Assembly: GCA_964016885.1 (NCBI GenBank) | Contig: OZ024744.1 | Span: forward strand, 56,916,001 to 56,980,000 | Length of the DNA stretch: 64,000 nt | Direction of reading: 5' to 3' | Source: Eledone cirrhosa | Lineage: Eukaryota | Part shown: piece after piece, positions 14,340 through 26,203 of the stretch | Layout of the letters: every line of letters starts with the position of its first letter | How positions within the stretch are numbered: position 1 is the first letter of the stretch | The notes under the pieces: model-generated | The model's input: only the letters and a program-made list of their open reading frames with translations | What the model was told of the DNA's origin: nothing | Database searches by the model: none | Made by a program: the position numbers and the translations under genes

Positions 14340-17300
14340 ACAACGGAGCCAACACCAGAGCAAAAGACAGCAACGTCGTGAGGAGTACTGGGCAACCTCT
14401 CTAATGATTTCTGAGGCAAACCAGCACACTCGTTGCCTCAGGTGATGGCGAGGCTGTTGCACTGAAACAGCCAAGCGCCCTCACGAGATTCGCCAGTTAC
14501 CTCTATTAGGCGAGACAAGGCCTCTCGACGAGGGGACCACAGGGTAAGACCGTCAGGTCTTTTGCCGTCACTTCTGGACACCCCAGTTTGTTCTAAGACT
14601 GAGGGGATATTCGCCCGGGCCAAAGCTCTCTTCAGAATGAGGTTTAGCTCCGTGTGACGCGCAAAGCGGCCGACATTCAGGTGGCAAGAAAGACCGTGGA
14701 GGACTGTAGAGTCGAGGAGTTTGCCACATCGGCACCTCAAACCCATGCAGACATCAGCTCCCACTCTGAGGGCGATGGAGACACGAAGTTTGTCCAGGCT
14801 GAGTAGGCCACCAACGTTGGCCAGGGGTAGGGCATCAACCCAGTCGCCTGAGTATTTGGCGCTGGCAGATAGTGAGCGGCACCTTGCAAACTGATCTGAC
14901 TGGACGAAGAGGGAGTCGAAGGTGGCCTTCAAACTTATGCTGTCCCAAGTTCTCTGACTTCGACTGTCCTCCACCTTCTCAGGAGGAGACAAGCCCAACT
15001 TGCTCCATTGCTGGAGAGCTTCACCAAACTCCCTGTTGGAACTAGTCCATGTTGGAGAGGGGAGGAGGCTGCTCACCAGTGTGGAGCAGGCGTGGGTGGA
15101 GGAAAGGAAGCAGGGGAGAGAGAGGGACAAACACTTACGAAGACCAAGACCTGCAAATCGCTTGGGCAACGCAGCCTGATCGCGGGACTCTGGTGAGAGT
15201 CTAACATTGACCAGGCACTCGAGTCTCTCGAAGATTAGGTCGTCGAAGCGTTGGAGGCAGGACGGAAATCTGTGAGAGGGGCTGACCCTGAGCAGATACA
15301 GAAGCTTAGGAATGGATAGGTAGTTCCTGAGTATGAAGAAACCTTGATGGGGTTCGATAACTTCGATATTCCTCAGCAGCTGCTCAAGGCCAACCATCTT
15401 CGATTGGAAGATTGACTCGAAGGCCAGGTCTGTGACTGGGGCTCCTAAGGAGCACCAAACCAACGGGGGAGGGACCGCGATAGAAGCGAAGGACTCTGCA
15501 AACAGGTTGATTAGCTGTTGGTGTTGAGAAGCCGGGTGGTTGAGGATCGAGAGCTCACATTTGGAGCTATTGATCTGGAGACCCCGGTGGCCAAGCTCTT
15601 CAACCATCTTGTTGGCAGTAGCGAGACCCATATCCGGAGTTCCCCCCCAAACAGGCTTCATCGAGGTACCAGACATTGAGATCCAACTCAACCCCCATCT
15701 TGGTGACATCATCAATGCCCAGTGCAAACAGAGCGGGCCCAAGTGGGTCATCCTGTGGGACTCCTGAGGCAGATTTGATGATTGGGTCACCGAAAGAGAG
15801 GTAGGAGGGCTCTCGATAAGCCTGCCAAGCAATGTAGTAGAGTTGTGGGACCCTTTTTCTTACTGAGCTGAGGACGATGTCGCGGCTGACGGAGTTGAAT
15901 GCATTCTTGAGATTCAAGTTTGAGGATGACCTTGGGGGATGAGGAGGGCAAGTTGGTAAATGCTCTGGCAGCATGGACAGCAGCCTCACATCCCAACTTG
16001 GTACCCACCCCCAGCTGGATGGGGGAAAATTCCTCCGCCAGTGAGTTGGAGACCAACAGCAAACATGCCTTTGCAGTGAGGCGGAGAAGGGTGCAGCCAA
16101 CCGCAATGGGGCGCAGGGCCCCGTTGGGCTTGGTGAGACCAAATAGCTTCGCACCAAAAAACAGTGGGCGGATGACCGGGAGAACGTTCAGTGAAAAGAA
16201 CTGATTCACAAACTGAGTCAGACTCTCCAAGAGCTCGAGTCCGGCATCACCGGCCGATAAGGAGATACCATCCTTGAGGTGTTGAGGACGAAGGCTGTCA
16301 ATTCCCGCGCCTGACCCAGCGGGGAAGGATGAAATCGCCTTTCTGATGATATCGGTGGTGTAAACCGGTCTCAAGTATTCTGGTGGTTCGGGCCAGTGCA
16401 GCTGATCATCTGGGGGTGCCGATGGGTGCTTCTCTTTCAGACGTTCAAGAGAATCAGAGTTGCACGGAGCGAGGGAGGACAGAGAAGAGAGGAGAAGAAC
16501 AGCCCCTTTAATGTCAAATTTGCTGAATTTGGCATTGACCGCTCGCTTGAGGCCTACCGGTTGTTTGTTGGTGGACACCGAGCTTGATGTCTAACTGAGA
16601 TGAGACGTGGTTGGGGTGGTCTCAAACAGCTGGAACTGCCGCTTGAGAGAAGACGTGAGGGAACCCGAATTCGTATTGTGCACGTGAAGAGAGATGAGAG
16701 GAAACAAAAACAATTTCTGCCAGTCAGATCTATTGTTGGATGAGCAAATGTTTTTCAATAAATTAGAGAGGGCACGTGCAAAGCTATTCCGAGCTCCCTT
16801 AGGGATCCGGTTAATGAACTTTGATTTGGATAAGCCCTGAAGGGCTGTGGCAAAATCCTTGGTAGAGAGTTGGTCATCGAAGTGTGGGGCATCCCCACGG
16901 AATACATTGGAGCTGAAATAGCACCGATTACAGGTCCAGTGTTGAAGCCTTTCGGCTTGAGCTTTGGTGATGCCGACACAGCTTCTGTGGTAGCTTGCGT
17001 GGCATAGGTGACATTTAATTGTCTTTAAGTATCAGCTAGTGCAGGCACAGAGACCGCAATCAGGTGGTGAGCTGGCAGCAGCCGGCAGTAGAGGGCCAGC
17101 GTTAGAATTCGGTGGAGGGACTGAGTCAGTAAAGGAGGCAACAGTGGTTCTAACGGTGGGACTAGAGCGGAGGTTGGGTGGTGTAAGGGTGGTGTGGTTG
17201 GCCAGGTTGGATTCATCCGGGTTGGAATCTGCCGTGAAGAGGAGGAGGGGTAGGTGGGGGCAAGTTAGCTCCTCTCGTGCGTGCCGAAGTTGGTGGAGAA

Positions 17301-17460
17301 TGAGAGGTCGAGGGCTGACCGGTTGTCACATAGTTGTTCCACCAAGCAGGTCTCTTGGTCATTCGATGCATGCCACCGCCACCTAGAGTGGACTAGCTTA
17401 AAGTGGTGGCAACTTTAGCAATCGGCAATCGGCAGTGATAGTTCGGGTTGAACGAATATA
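14340..17460 (-). pseudogene. Disrupted ORF of the CRE-like element
   Basis: Pieced from ORFs 15787..16578, 15600..16157 and 14438..15832 plus upstream frames; stops, frameshifts and an internal deletion within the RLE. Confidence 0.85.
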
Positions 17461-18637
17461 GAGGTGGGCTGTGCACGAGGACGAAGTAAGGGGTGAGCAA
17501 GGGGAGAAGGGGGAGAATATTATGCATGGAGAGGAGTGTGATCATGTGAGAGGCAGGTAAATACAGTGGGAGAGAAAGAGCACTGAACATGCAAAGAAAA
17601 GGAAAATAAAAACGCTAGAAGTACAAAATCTAAGGCTGTGAGTTTGTGTCATATTTCACATGGGTAAATCCACAGTAAAAACCGAAATTGTGAGTTTGGG
17701 TAAAAAAAATACACATGGGCAAGACTTCAGTAAAATCAAAACCTGAATGATAGTGATACAAGATGTTTACAATTACAGAGTGATTACAAACTGGTCCTGA
17801 ATTCTATCAAATGGTCAAAGCTTCTAATTCTGTGAAATAGAATGGAAGTATGGATTGACCTTTCAGTCACACCTGACTATAAATAGATTCCGGTTATTTC
17901 AAGAGGGAGATGGGATGGTGCCATGTGTTATCTCTTCTTGTGAAGCTAGTGGCGGTTCCTCGCTATTTATAATTATTTATTTTAATTTTATTTTAGGGGG
18001 GGGGGGGGGTTAAAAATTTTAAGTGTACATTAAGGAGGAATGTATAATTGTGTGATACAATTGCTCCAGGTTGGTTCCATGCGTTGTTGCCACAACCATT
18101 CCTTTTAAATTTTTAATTTTCTTTTTTTCTTTCTTCTGAAGATCTGTTATTCCTCTCCGTAGATTGTAAATGGTAAAATCTGTTCGAATGTCCCTGGGAG
18201 TTAAGTGATCCAACGGAATGGTAAAATCCAGTTCCTTGAAGAATATTTTGAAGTTTTCTCAGACAAAGTATACACTCATGCGAAAAAAGGGAAAAGTTGA
18301 AAATGTTTACCTTGTTTGGTGTCGAATTTGTACACACGTTTGTTTTCCTTTTGGCTTGTAATTGTTGTTCATCGTGGCAGAGGTTGTAGTAGTGTCTTAT
18401 TACTCTGGCGTTTCACTATATATATATTGTGTTGACTCTGGATAGAAAATATATTAACTTTTCGCACCTTTGAGTGCTTTGAGACACCCTTAAACAATTC
18501 GATTGGTATTTGCTATATTGTGGCTACAACTTCGATTTATACCTATAATTATTGTTATTCTCTTAGTTTCATGTATTTCATTGATAACGTGTTAGTTATT
18601 TTTTGTTCATAAACGCTAGTTGAGAGCTTTATTGTGT

Positions 18638-18950
18638 TAGTACCAAACTAGTATATATAGTACACCTAGCAAGGTGAGATAGGAACTAGTACCAAACTAG
18701 TATATATAGTACACCTAGCAAGGTGAGATAGGAACTAGTACCAAACTAGTATATATAGTACACCTAGCAAGGAGAGATAGGAACTAGTACCAAACTAGTA
18801 TATATAGTACACCTAGCAAGGTGAGATAGGAACTAGTACCAAACTAGTATATATAGTACACCTAGCAAGGTGAGATAGGAACTAGTACCAAACTAGTATA
18901 TATAGTACACCTAGCAAGGTGAGATAGGAACTAGTACCAAACTATATATG
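18638..18950 (-). repeat. Inverted, homogeneous block of six 49-bp satellite units
   Basis: Units start at 18638, 18687, 18736, 18785, 18834, 18883; identical apart from one substitution seen; reverse complement of the main array. Confidence 0.97.
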
Positions 18951-19742
18951 GTTTGGTACTAGCTCCTGTCTTACCTTGCTAGGTGTACTATATATACTAG
19001 TTTGGTTTCCTATGCCACCTTGCTAGTTGTACCAGAGATCGTTTGGTACTAGTACCTATCTCACCTTGCTAGGTGTACCATATATATCTTTTGGTACTAG
19101 TTCCTATAACACCTTGTTAGGTGTACTATATACTAGTTTGGTACTAGTTCTTATCTCACTTTCTAGGTGTACCATATATAATTTGGTACTAGTACCTATG
19201 CCACCTTGCTAGGTGTACCATATATAATTGCTACTAGTTCCTATCTCACCTTGCTAGGTGTACTGTATATAGTTTGGTACTAGATCCTATCTTACCTTGC
19301 TAGGTGTACCACATATAATTTGGTAGCAGTTCCTATCCCATGTTGCTAGCTGTACTAAAGGTCGTTTGGTACTAGTTCCTATGTCACCTTGCTGGGTGTA
19401 CCATATATAGTTTGGTACTTGTTCCTATCTCACCTTGCAGAGGTGTACCATATATAGTTTTGTACTAGTCCCTATCTTCCCTTCCTAGGTGTACCAAATA
19501 TAGTTTTGTACTAGCTCCTATCTCACCTTCCTAGGTGTACCCTATATAGTTTTGTACTAGTTTCTATCTCACCTTGCTAGGTGTACTATATATAGTTTGG
19601 TACTAGTTTTGTACTAGTCCCTATCTCACCTTCCTAGGTGTACCAAATATAGTTTTTTTACTAGCACCTATCTCACCGTGCTTGTTGTACTAGAGATCGT
19701 TTGCTACTAGTTCCTATCTCACCTTGCTAGGTGTACAATATA
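18951..19742 (+). repeat. 46/49-bp satellite array, block 2
   Basis: Same unit, diverged copies. Confidence 0.97.
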
Positions 19743-20400
19743 TGTATAATGGTGGCGAAGATTCGAAACCGAATCTGAGCTTTCCCGCCTCTGGGACAGG
19801 CCGTGGTAAGTTGTTTACGCTCAACAGACTAACCCCTTGGGAGATGCTAAACACAGGTCAGAGGTCTTTACGCCTGACAAAAATATCTATCCTTCTAACT
19901 TCAACCCTTATAAATACAGGGGTTGTTTACGCCCCGGGAGAAAAAGAAGTGATACACAGACAAGACAAGTCGCATTTACAAGCTCTCGTCACGAAAAACC
20001 AGTCTGTCTCTAATTTCTCACCCACCTGGCTGATCGCTTACTACTACTACTAAAACAAGCAAATATACTGATACGCACACACACATTCATATTAAGTTCA
20101 CACTGATTGCATTTCCACATGCACCATTTCTGTTTACACATATTGTATCTTTCGGATACAGTACAAATTATATTATAATCGTATTCTGTGATACTTGTAT
20201 TTACGTGGCTCGAAGAGCCACCAAATTATTGTACGAATATTTCGTGTTATTGATTTTATCATTCAATATTCAAATTGAATATTGTTATAATAAAATAAAC
20301 ATTGAAACAACACAATCCTGGTATTATTCTTTGCATTGAAACCATCATACCAACAGTTCCATCTATCCACTATCCGTTACAATCACAAATATTCGTTACA
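19743..20400 (+). mobile_element. Solo LTR inserted in the satellite
   Basis: TGTA...TACA termini, TATAAATA near 19908, AATAAA near 20288, satellite resumes on both sides; TSD imperfect (TATA/TAAG). Confidence 0.72.
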
Positions 20401-22472
20401 TAAGGTATGCTACTAGTTCCTGTCTCAGCTTACTAGCTGTACCATATATACTAGTTTGGTACTAGTTCATATATCACATTGCAAGGTGTACCTTATATAG
20501 TTTTGGTACTAGTTCCTATCTCACCGAGCTAGGTGTAGTATATAAACTAGTTTGGTACTAGTTCTCATCTCACCTTCTAGGTGTACCATATGTATTTTGG
20601 TACTAGTTCCATTGCTAGGTCTAGTATATGAGTTAATTTAGTACTAGTTCTTATTGCACCTTGCTAGGTGTACCATATATAGTTTGGTACTAGTTCCTAT
20701 CTCACCTTCTAGGTGTACCATATATACTTGTTTGGTACTAGTTCCTTTCTCACCTTGTTACGTGTACTATATATAGTTTGGTACTAGTTCCTATCCCACC
20801 TTGCTAGGTGTACCATATATAATTTGGTACTAGTTCCTGTCTCACCTTGCTAGGTGTACCATATATACTAGTTTGGTACTATTTCATATCTCACCTTCGA
20901 AGGTGTACCATATATAGTTTGGTACTAGTTCCTATCTCACCTTGCTAGATGTACTATATATACTAGCTTGGTACTAGTTCTTGTCTCACCTTACTAGCTA
21001 TACCATATATACTAGTTTGGTATTAGTTCATATCTTACATTGCAAGGTGTACCATATATACTAGCTTGGTACTAGTTCCTATCTCACCTAGCTAGCTGTA
21101 CTAGATCCTATCTCACATTGCTAGGTGTACCATATATAGTTTGGTACTAGTTCCTATCACACCTTCTTTGTTGTACTAGAGATAGTTTGGTACAAGTACC
21201 TATGCAAACTTGCTAGCTGAACCATATATAATTTGGTACTAGATCCTATCTCACCTTGCTAGGTGTACTATATATATATACTTGTTTGGTACTAGTTCCT
21301 ATCTCACCTTGCTAGGTGTAATATATAAACTAGATTGGTACTAATTCTTATCTCACCTTCTATGTGTACCATATATACTAGTTTGGAACTATTTTCTATC
21401 TAACCTTTCTAGGTGTACTATATATAGTTTGGTACTAGTTCTTATCTCACCTTGCTTGTTGTACCAGAAATCGTTTGGTACAAGTACCTATGCAACCTTG
21501 CTAGCTGTACCATATATAATTTGGTACTAGTTCCTATCTCACCTTGCTAGGTGTACCATATATAGTTTGATACTAGTTCCTATCTTACCTTATAAGGTGT
21601 ACCATATATAGTTTTGTACTAGTTCCTATCTCACCTTGCTTGGTGTAATATATAAACTAGTTTGGTACTAGTTCTTATCTTACCTTGCTAGGTGTACCAT
21701 ATATAGTTTGGTACTAGGTCCTGTCTCACCCTATTAGCTGTACCAATTATAGTTTGGGACTAGTTCCTATCTCACATTGCAAGGTGTACCATATATACTA
21801 GTTTGGTACTAGTTCTTATCGCACCTTGCTAGTTGCACCATATATCGTTTGGTACTAGTTTCTATCTCACCTTGCTAGGTGTACCATATATAGTTTGGTA
21901 CTAGTTCCTATCTCACCTTGCTAGGTGTACCATACATAGTTTGTGCTAGTTCCTATCTCACCTTGCTCAGTGTACAATATATAGTTTGCTACCAGTTCTT
22001 GTCTCAGCTTACTAGCTTTACCATATATAGTTTGGTACTAGTTCCTATCTCACCTAACTAGCTGTACCAATTATAGTTTGGTACTAGTTCCTGTGTCACC
22101 TTGCTAGGTGTAGTATATAACTAGTTTGGTACTACTTCTCATCTCATCTTGCTAAGTGTACTATATATAGTTTGGTACTAGTTCCTAGCTCACCTTGCCA
22201 GGTGAACCATATATTATTTGGTACTAGTTCCTATATATGTTACACTTAGAAGGTGAGATAAGAAATAGTACCAAACTAGTTTATATATTGCACCTAACAA
22301 GTTGAGATAGGAAACTATATATTGTACCATGTTCCTATCTCACCTTGCTTGGTGTACTATATATAGTTTGGTGCTAGTTCCTATCTCACCTTGCTAGGTG
22401 TACTATATATGCTTGTTTGGTACTAGTTCTTATCGCATCTTGCTAGGGGTACCATATAGAGTTTGGTACTAG
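20401..22472 (+). repeat. 46/49-bp satellite array, block 3 (small inversion near 22238-22330)
   Basis: Same unit. Confidence 0.97.
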
Positions 22473-24358
22473 TTTAACGAAGGGTATAATTGATGGTGTT
22501 AGAATAACAAAAATAGCTGAATTACTTTATATATAAAAAGGTTTACTTCACTTCAGTCAAAAAGAACAATAAACAAGTTACCAGGAGTTGTGAAAGTTGA
22601 CAGTGTTATTTTGTTGTTGGTTCATGAGGCTGGTGTAGTCTGAAACCAGGAGAGAGAGAGAGAGTAATGGTCTGTGGTTGACTGTAGACCTCTGCAGCCT
22701 GTAGTAGGCGGAGAATGTTTACATAGCTTGTAATATAGAGTACGTCCCCGATCTCTCTGTGTAAAACGTGGGAAAATATGGGCTTTATATACCTGTCGCT
22801 TTCTGTCTCCCACCTTGAGGGATCGCCCACGCATGAACCTGTCCACACCGAAACTGATGGTGACCTAGAATTTGACTTTTATGTGTCACCCAAGGTTCAA
22901 GGCGTGGACAGATTTTGCTACATTAGTTCGCTACCCAGATAGATGCAGGAGCAGCGATTGATTATAAAAGGAGTAGCGAAATCTGAATCTAGAAGCGTGT
23001 CCCAAAACACACCAAATGTGGGTACTGTGCCTGCACTTCGAGTGTAGAGAAATTTGGAGAGAAAAAAAAATATCGTATAACTGTGTATGCATGTGTGTGT
23101 GTAACATTTAGAAGAAACTGTAAATATACAAAGTTGTGATCATGTATTTCGAACTGTTGTGTATGGATGGCTGAACGTTCAGGGTTGCAGTATTGGATTA
23201 TGATATGACAATACAGAGGACTATTACATGTAAGATGCTTTTCCAGTGAGTCGAGGTTTACGCTATGACATGAGTGTGTGCAATTTTGAGTTGCGTGCCT
23301 GAATGAGTCCAAGCAAGTAGTACCCATGGGTTGTTTCTCATGTGTTTAATAGCTGTTGCCGAACCTCGACCAGTTGAAAAGTGATCTCGCAGAATCCCAA
23401 CCGAATCAAGAACATACCATAGACAACATGTTGGTGTGTGACAAAGAAAATGATGTGTGTTTGATGCAAAACGTGTATGTTCATACAGGCATATAATACA
23501 GTAAGATAAATAAATAAAAAATGAAAATAAACGTTCATATATAAATTGTAAAAAAAAATTTTATTTTTATTTTTATATAATTGTTCTTTACAAAAAGTTC
23601 AGTTTTCTCTTCTTTATGTGATCGTTATCTTGCTAGGAAGCTAGTAGTATTGTCTGTTGTTGTTGTTGTAGATTACGAAGCACGTGGTGAAGTGTTTGGT
23701 AATGAATCGAAACATCAAAGCGAAGTCACTGTAAATATTCCGTAGAATGATAGTTTGGTGAATAATTTGAAAGAGTGAAGTTTTATCATATCGTAGAATA
23801 TAGATGAGAAGCTTGGTAAGAGAAAGTTGTTGATGTTGGCAATGGAAGCCATGACCAGAAAAAAAAATTGCCTGTTTTCTTTTTTTAAAATACCACTTTG
23901 TATTTTTTTTTTTTATCACGTCGGGGTCACCAACGTAACGAAGAAGTAATTATAAGTGATTGTTAGAATGATATAACATTAATAGGTTATTTATTATATA
24001 TGTAAAAAGGTTTACTTCACTTCAGTCAAAAAGAACAATACACAAGTTACCACGAGTTGCGAAGGTTGACAGTGTTATTTTGTTGTTGGTTCATGAGGCT
24101 GGTGTAGTCTGAAACCAGGAGAGAGAGAGAGAGTAATGGTCCTTAGACCTCTGCAGCCTGTAGTAGGTGGTGAATCTTTACATAGCTTGTAATATAGAGT
24201 ACAGCTCTGATCTCTGTGTAAAACGTGGGAAAATATAGGCTTTATATACCTGTCTCCCTGCCTCGAGGGATTGCCCACGCATGAACCTGTCCACACCAAA
24301 AAGGATGGTGATCTAGAATTTGACTTTTAGGTTCAAGGCATGGACAGATTTCGCTACA
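22473..24358 (-). mobile_element. Non-autonomous LTR retroelement (two LTRs, tRNA-Trp PBS)
   Basis: LTRs 23934-24358 and 22473-22922; PBS TGGTGACCCCGACGTGAT at 23932-23915; 4-bp TSD CTAG; TATA box and AATAAA on minus; no recognisable gag/pol. Confidence 0.85.
23915..23932 (-). promoter_or_regulatory. Primer-binding site complementary to the tRNA-Trp 3' end
   Basis: Plus strand ATCACGTCGGGGTCACCA equals the 3' 18 nt of eukaryotic tRNA-Trp including CCA, 1 nt from the LTR. Confidence 0.88.
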
Positions 24359-25050
24359 CTAGTTCCTATCTCACCTTCTAGGTGTACCATATATACTTGT
24401 TTGATACTAGCTCCTATCTCACTTTTCTAGGTGTACCATATATAATTTGGTACTAGCTCCTATCTCACCTTGCTAGGTGTACCATATATAGTTTTGTACT
24501 AGTTCCTATCTCACCTTGCTGGCCTTACCAATTATACTTTGGTACTAGTTCTTATCTCACCTTGCGAGGTGTACTATATATAATTTGGTACTAGTTCCTA
24601 TTTCACCCTACTAGGTGTACCATATATACTAGTTTGGTACTAGTTCCTGTCTCACCTTACTAGGTGTACCATATATAGTTTTATACTAGTTCCTATCTCA
24701 CCTCCCTAGTTGTACCATTTATAGTTTGGTACTGGTTCCTATCTCACCTTACTTGGTGTACCATATATAGTTTGGTGCTTGTTCCTATCCCACCTTGCTA
24801 GGTGTACTGTATAAACTAGTTTGGTACTAGTTCTTATCTCACCTTCTAGGTGTACCATATATTAGTTTGGTACTAGTTCCTGTCTCACCTTGCTAGGTGT
24901 ACTATATATAGTTTGGTACTAGTTTCTATCTCACCTCGCTAGTTGTACCATACATAATTTTGTACTAGTTCCTATCTCACCTTGGTAGGCGTACCTTATA
25001 TAGTTTGGTACTAGTTACTATCTCACCTTGCTAGGTATACCATATATACT
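24359..25050 (+). repeat. 46/49-bp satellite array, block 4
   Basis: Same unit. Confidence 0.97.
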
Positions 25051-25137
25051 CGTGTATAAGTTGTACCAATAGATAAACTATATGCAGTTTTTCACATATT
25101 TTAGTGGGAAAAGTGACTTATACACAAGTATAGACAG
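25040..25137. mobile_element. Tc1/mariner(pogo)-type MITE
   Basis: TIRs CCATATATACTCGTGTATAAGT / ACTTATACACAAGTATAGACAG, TA on both sides. Confidence 0.65.
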
Positions 25138-25258
25138 TAGATATTCACTACTCACACAAACACCTGACCTTGCATTGCTCACAGCAGGATAACTTGTCTA
25201 ACGCAAGCCAGCGTGGAAAAATGGATGTTAAACTGATGATGATGTATATATATACACA

Positions 25259-25540
25259 CATCATCATTTAAAGTATATTTTCCACGTTAACATGGGTTAG
25301 ACAGGTTTGTCCCATTTGAGGCAAGTTTGGTCCAGTGGCCGCGTCTCACTCATATAGAACTGTTTCTGGCTAGTTTTCTAGTTGGATGCCCTTCCTAACG
25401 CCAACCACATTTACAGTGTGTGCTGGCAGCTTTTTGTCCTAACACCTACACGACCACTTTACAGTGTGGACTGAATGTTTTATGATACCAATAACTTTAC
25501 AAAGTAAAGGTGGTGTGGACAGAAATGGGAGATGTGGGGG
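25259..25540 (-). mobile_element. RTE-related 3'-UTR / non-autonomous fragment
   Basis: Similar to 62680-63000 (GTTAGGAAGGGCATCC motif, (TGA)n tail); further fragments near 26453-26660 and 26830-26950. Confidence 0.7.
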
Positions 25541-26114
25541 TATATTGGATTTTACATACATTTACAATATGTCATATATATATTAAATTAAGGTTTTGTA
25601 GGTGCTGTAGATAAGCCACATCTTGGTTTTTCATAGTTATATATTTGTGATTAAAAGTAACTTACATATCAGGATGCATGGTATGTACATTTATATGCTG
25701 TCCAAACTTTGCTAGCAGGTAAAACAGATGTTAAATGTTGAGAATAATGATGATGATATGTATATATCAATACACACACTATCACCACCATCATTTTACA
25801 TCTTTTTCCTGCTAGCAAGTTTATATGTCATCATCCTTTTTAGGTTGACATTTCCATACTGGAATGGGTTGGACAGAGCGCTTTGAGGTAATGCTGTACT
25901 GCCAGATGCTCTTCCTGACTCTTATCTATTTAGTTGCTTTTTATGACACACCAGATATATACATACATATATATATATCGTTTCATAATACAGGGGGCTG
26001 GCCGTCGGAGAAAGAACAACGCATTTGGCAGGCCCTCTGTATCATGAAAAGAAAATCTTTTTCAGGGAAATTATTAATTTTTCCAATTTTAAAGGTTTCT
26101 TAGGTACTTTCAAT

Positions 26115-26203
26115 GTTTATTTTAGGTTTTGCCATCTGAAGAACTCGGGCTATCATAACTGATAGTCCTCAGTGAAATATGTATAACAGAATTTTAAATA
26201 AAC
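26115..26203 (+). ncRNA. Type I hammerhead ribozyme motif in an AT-flanked segment (about 25980-26240)
   Basis: CTGAAGA (26136)-ACT GGGCTATCA taac TGATAGTCC AGT-GAAA (26174)-TATG-TA; about 20-bp imperfect stem I GTTTATTTTAGGTTTTGCCA / TAACAGAATTTTAAATAAAC. Confidence 0.68.

Larger units (their letters stand above)
14101..18950 (-). mobile_element. CRE-clade non-LTR retrotransposon (PHD finger + RT + restriction-like endonuclease), frameshifted, with inverted satellite at its 5' end
   Basis: RIPKGAR domain, LRPIAVG..QLGVG..KNAFNSVSR..GVPQDDPLGP..WYLDE RT motifs, CRCG..HGLSC..RH..RPDG RLE; AATAAA near 3' end; candidate 11-bp TSD GTTCGGTACTA (14090-14100) / GTTTGGTACTA (18951-18961). Assignment of 17600-18950 to the element is inferred. 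Confidence 0.85.

Noticed and set aside
23915-23932. tRNA-Trp gene
   Set aside because: Only the 3' 18 nt including CCA, next to an LTR; it is a PBS
13330-25050. CRISPR-like array of palindromic repeats
   Set aside because: Units are contiguous with no unique spacers, no cas genes, eukaryotic context; it is a tandem satellite
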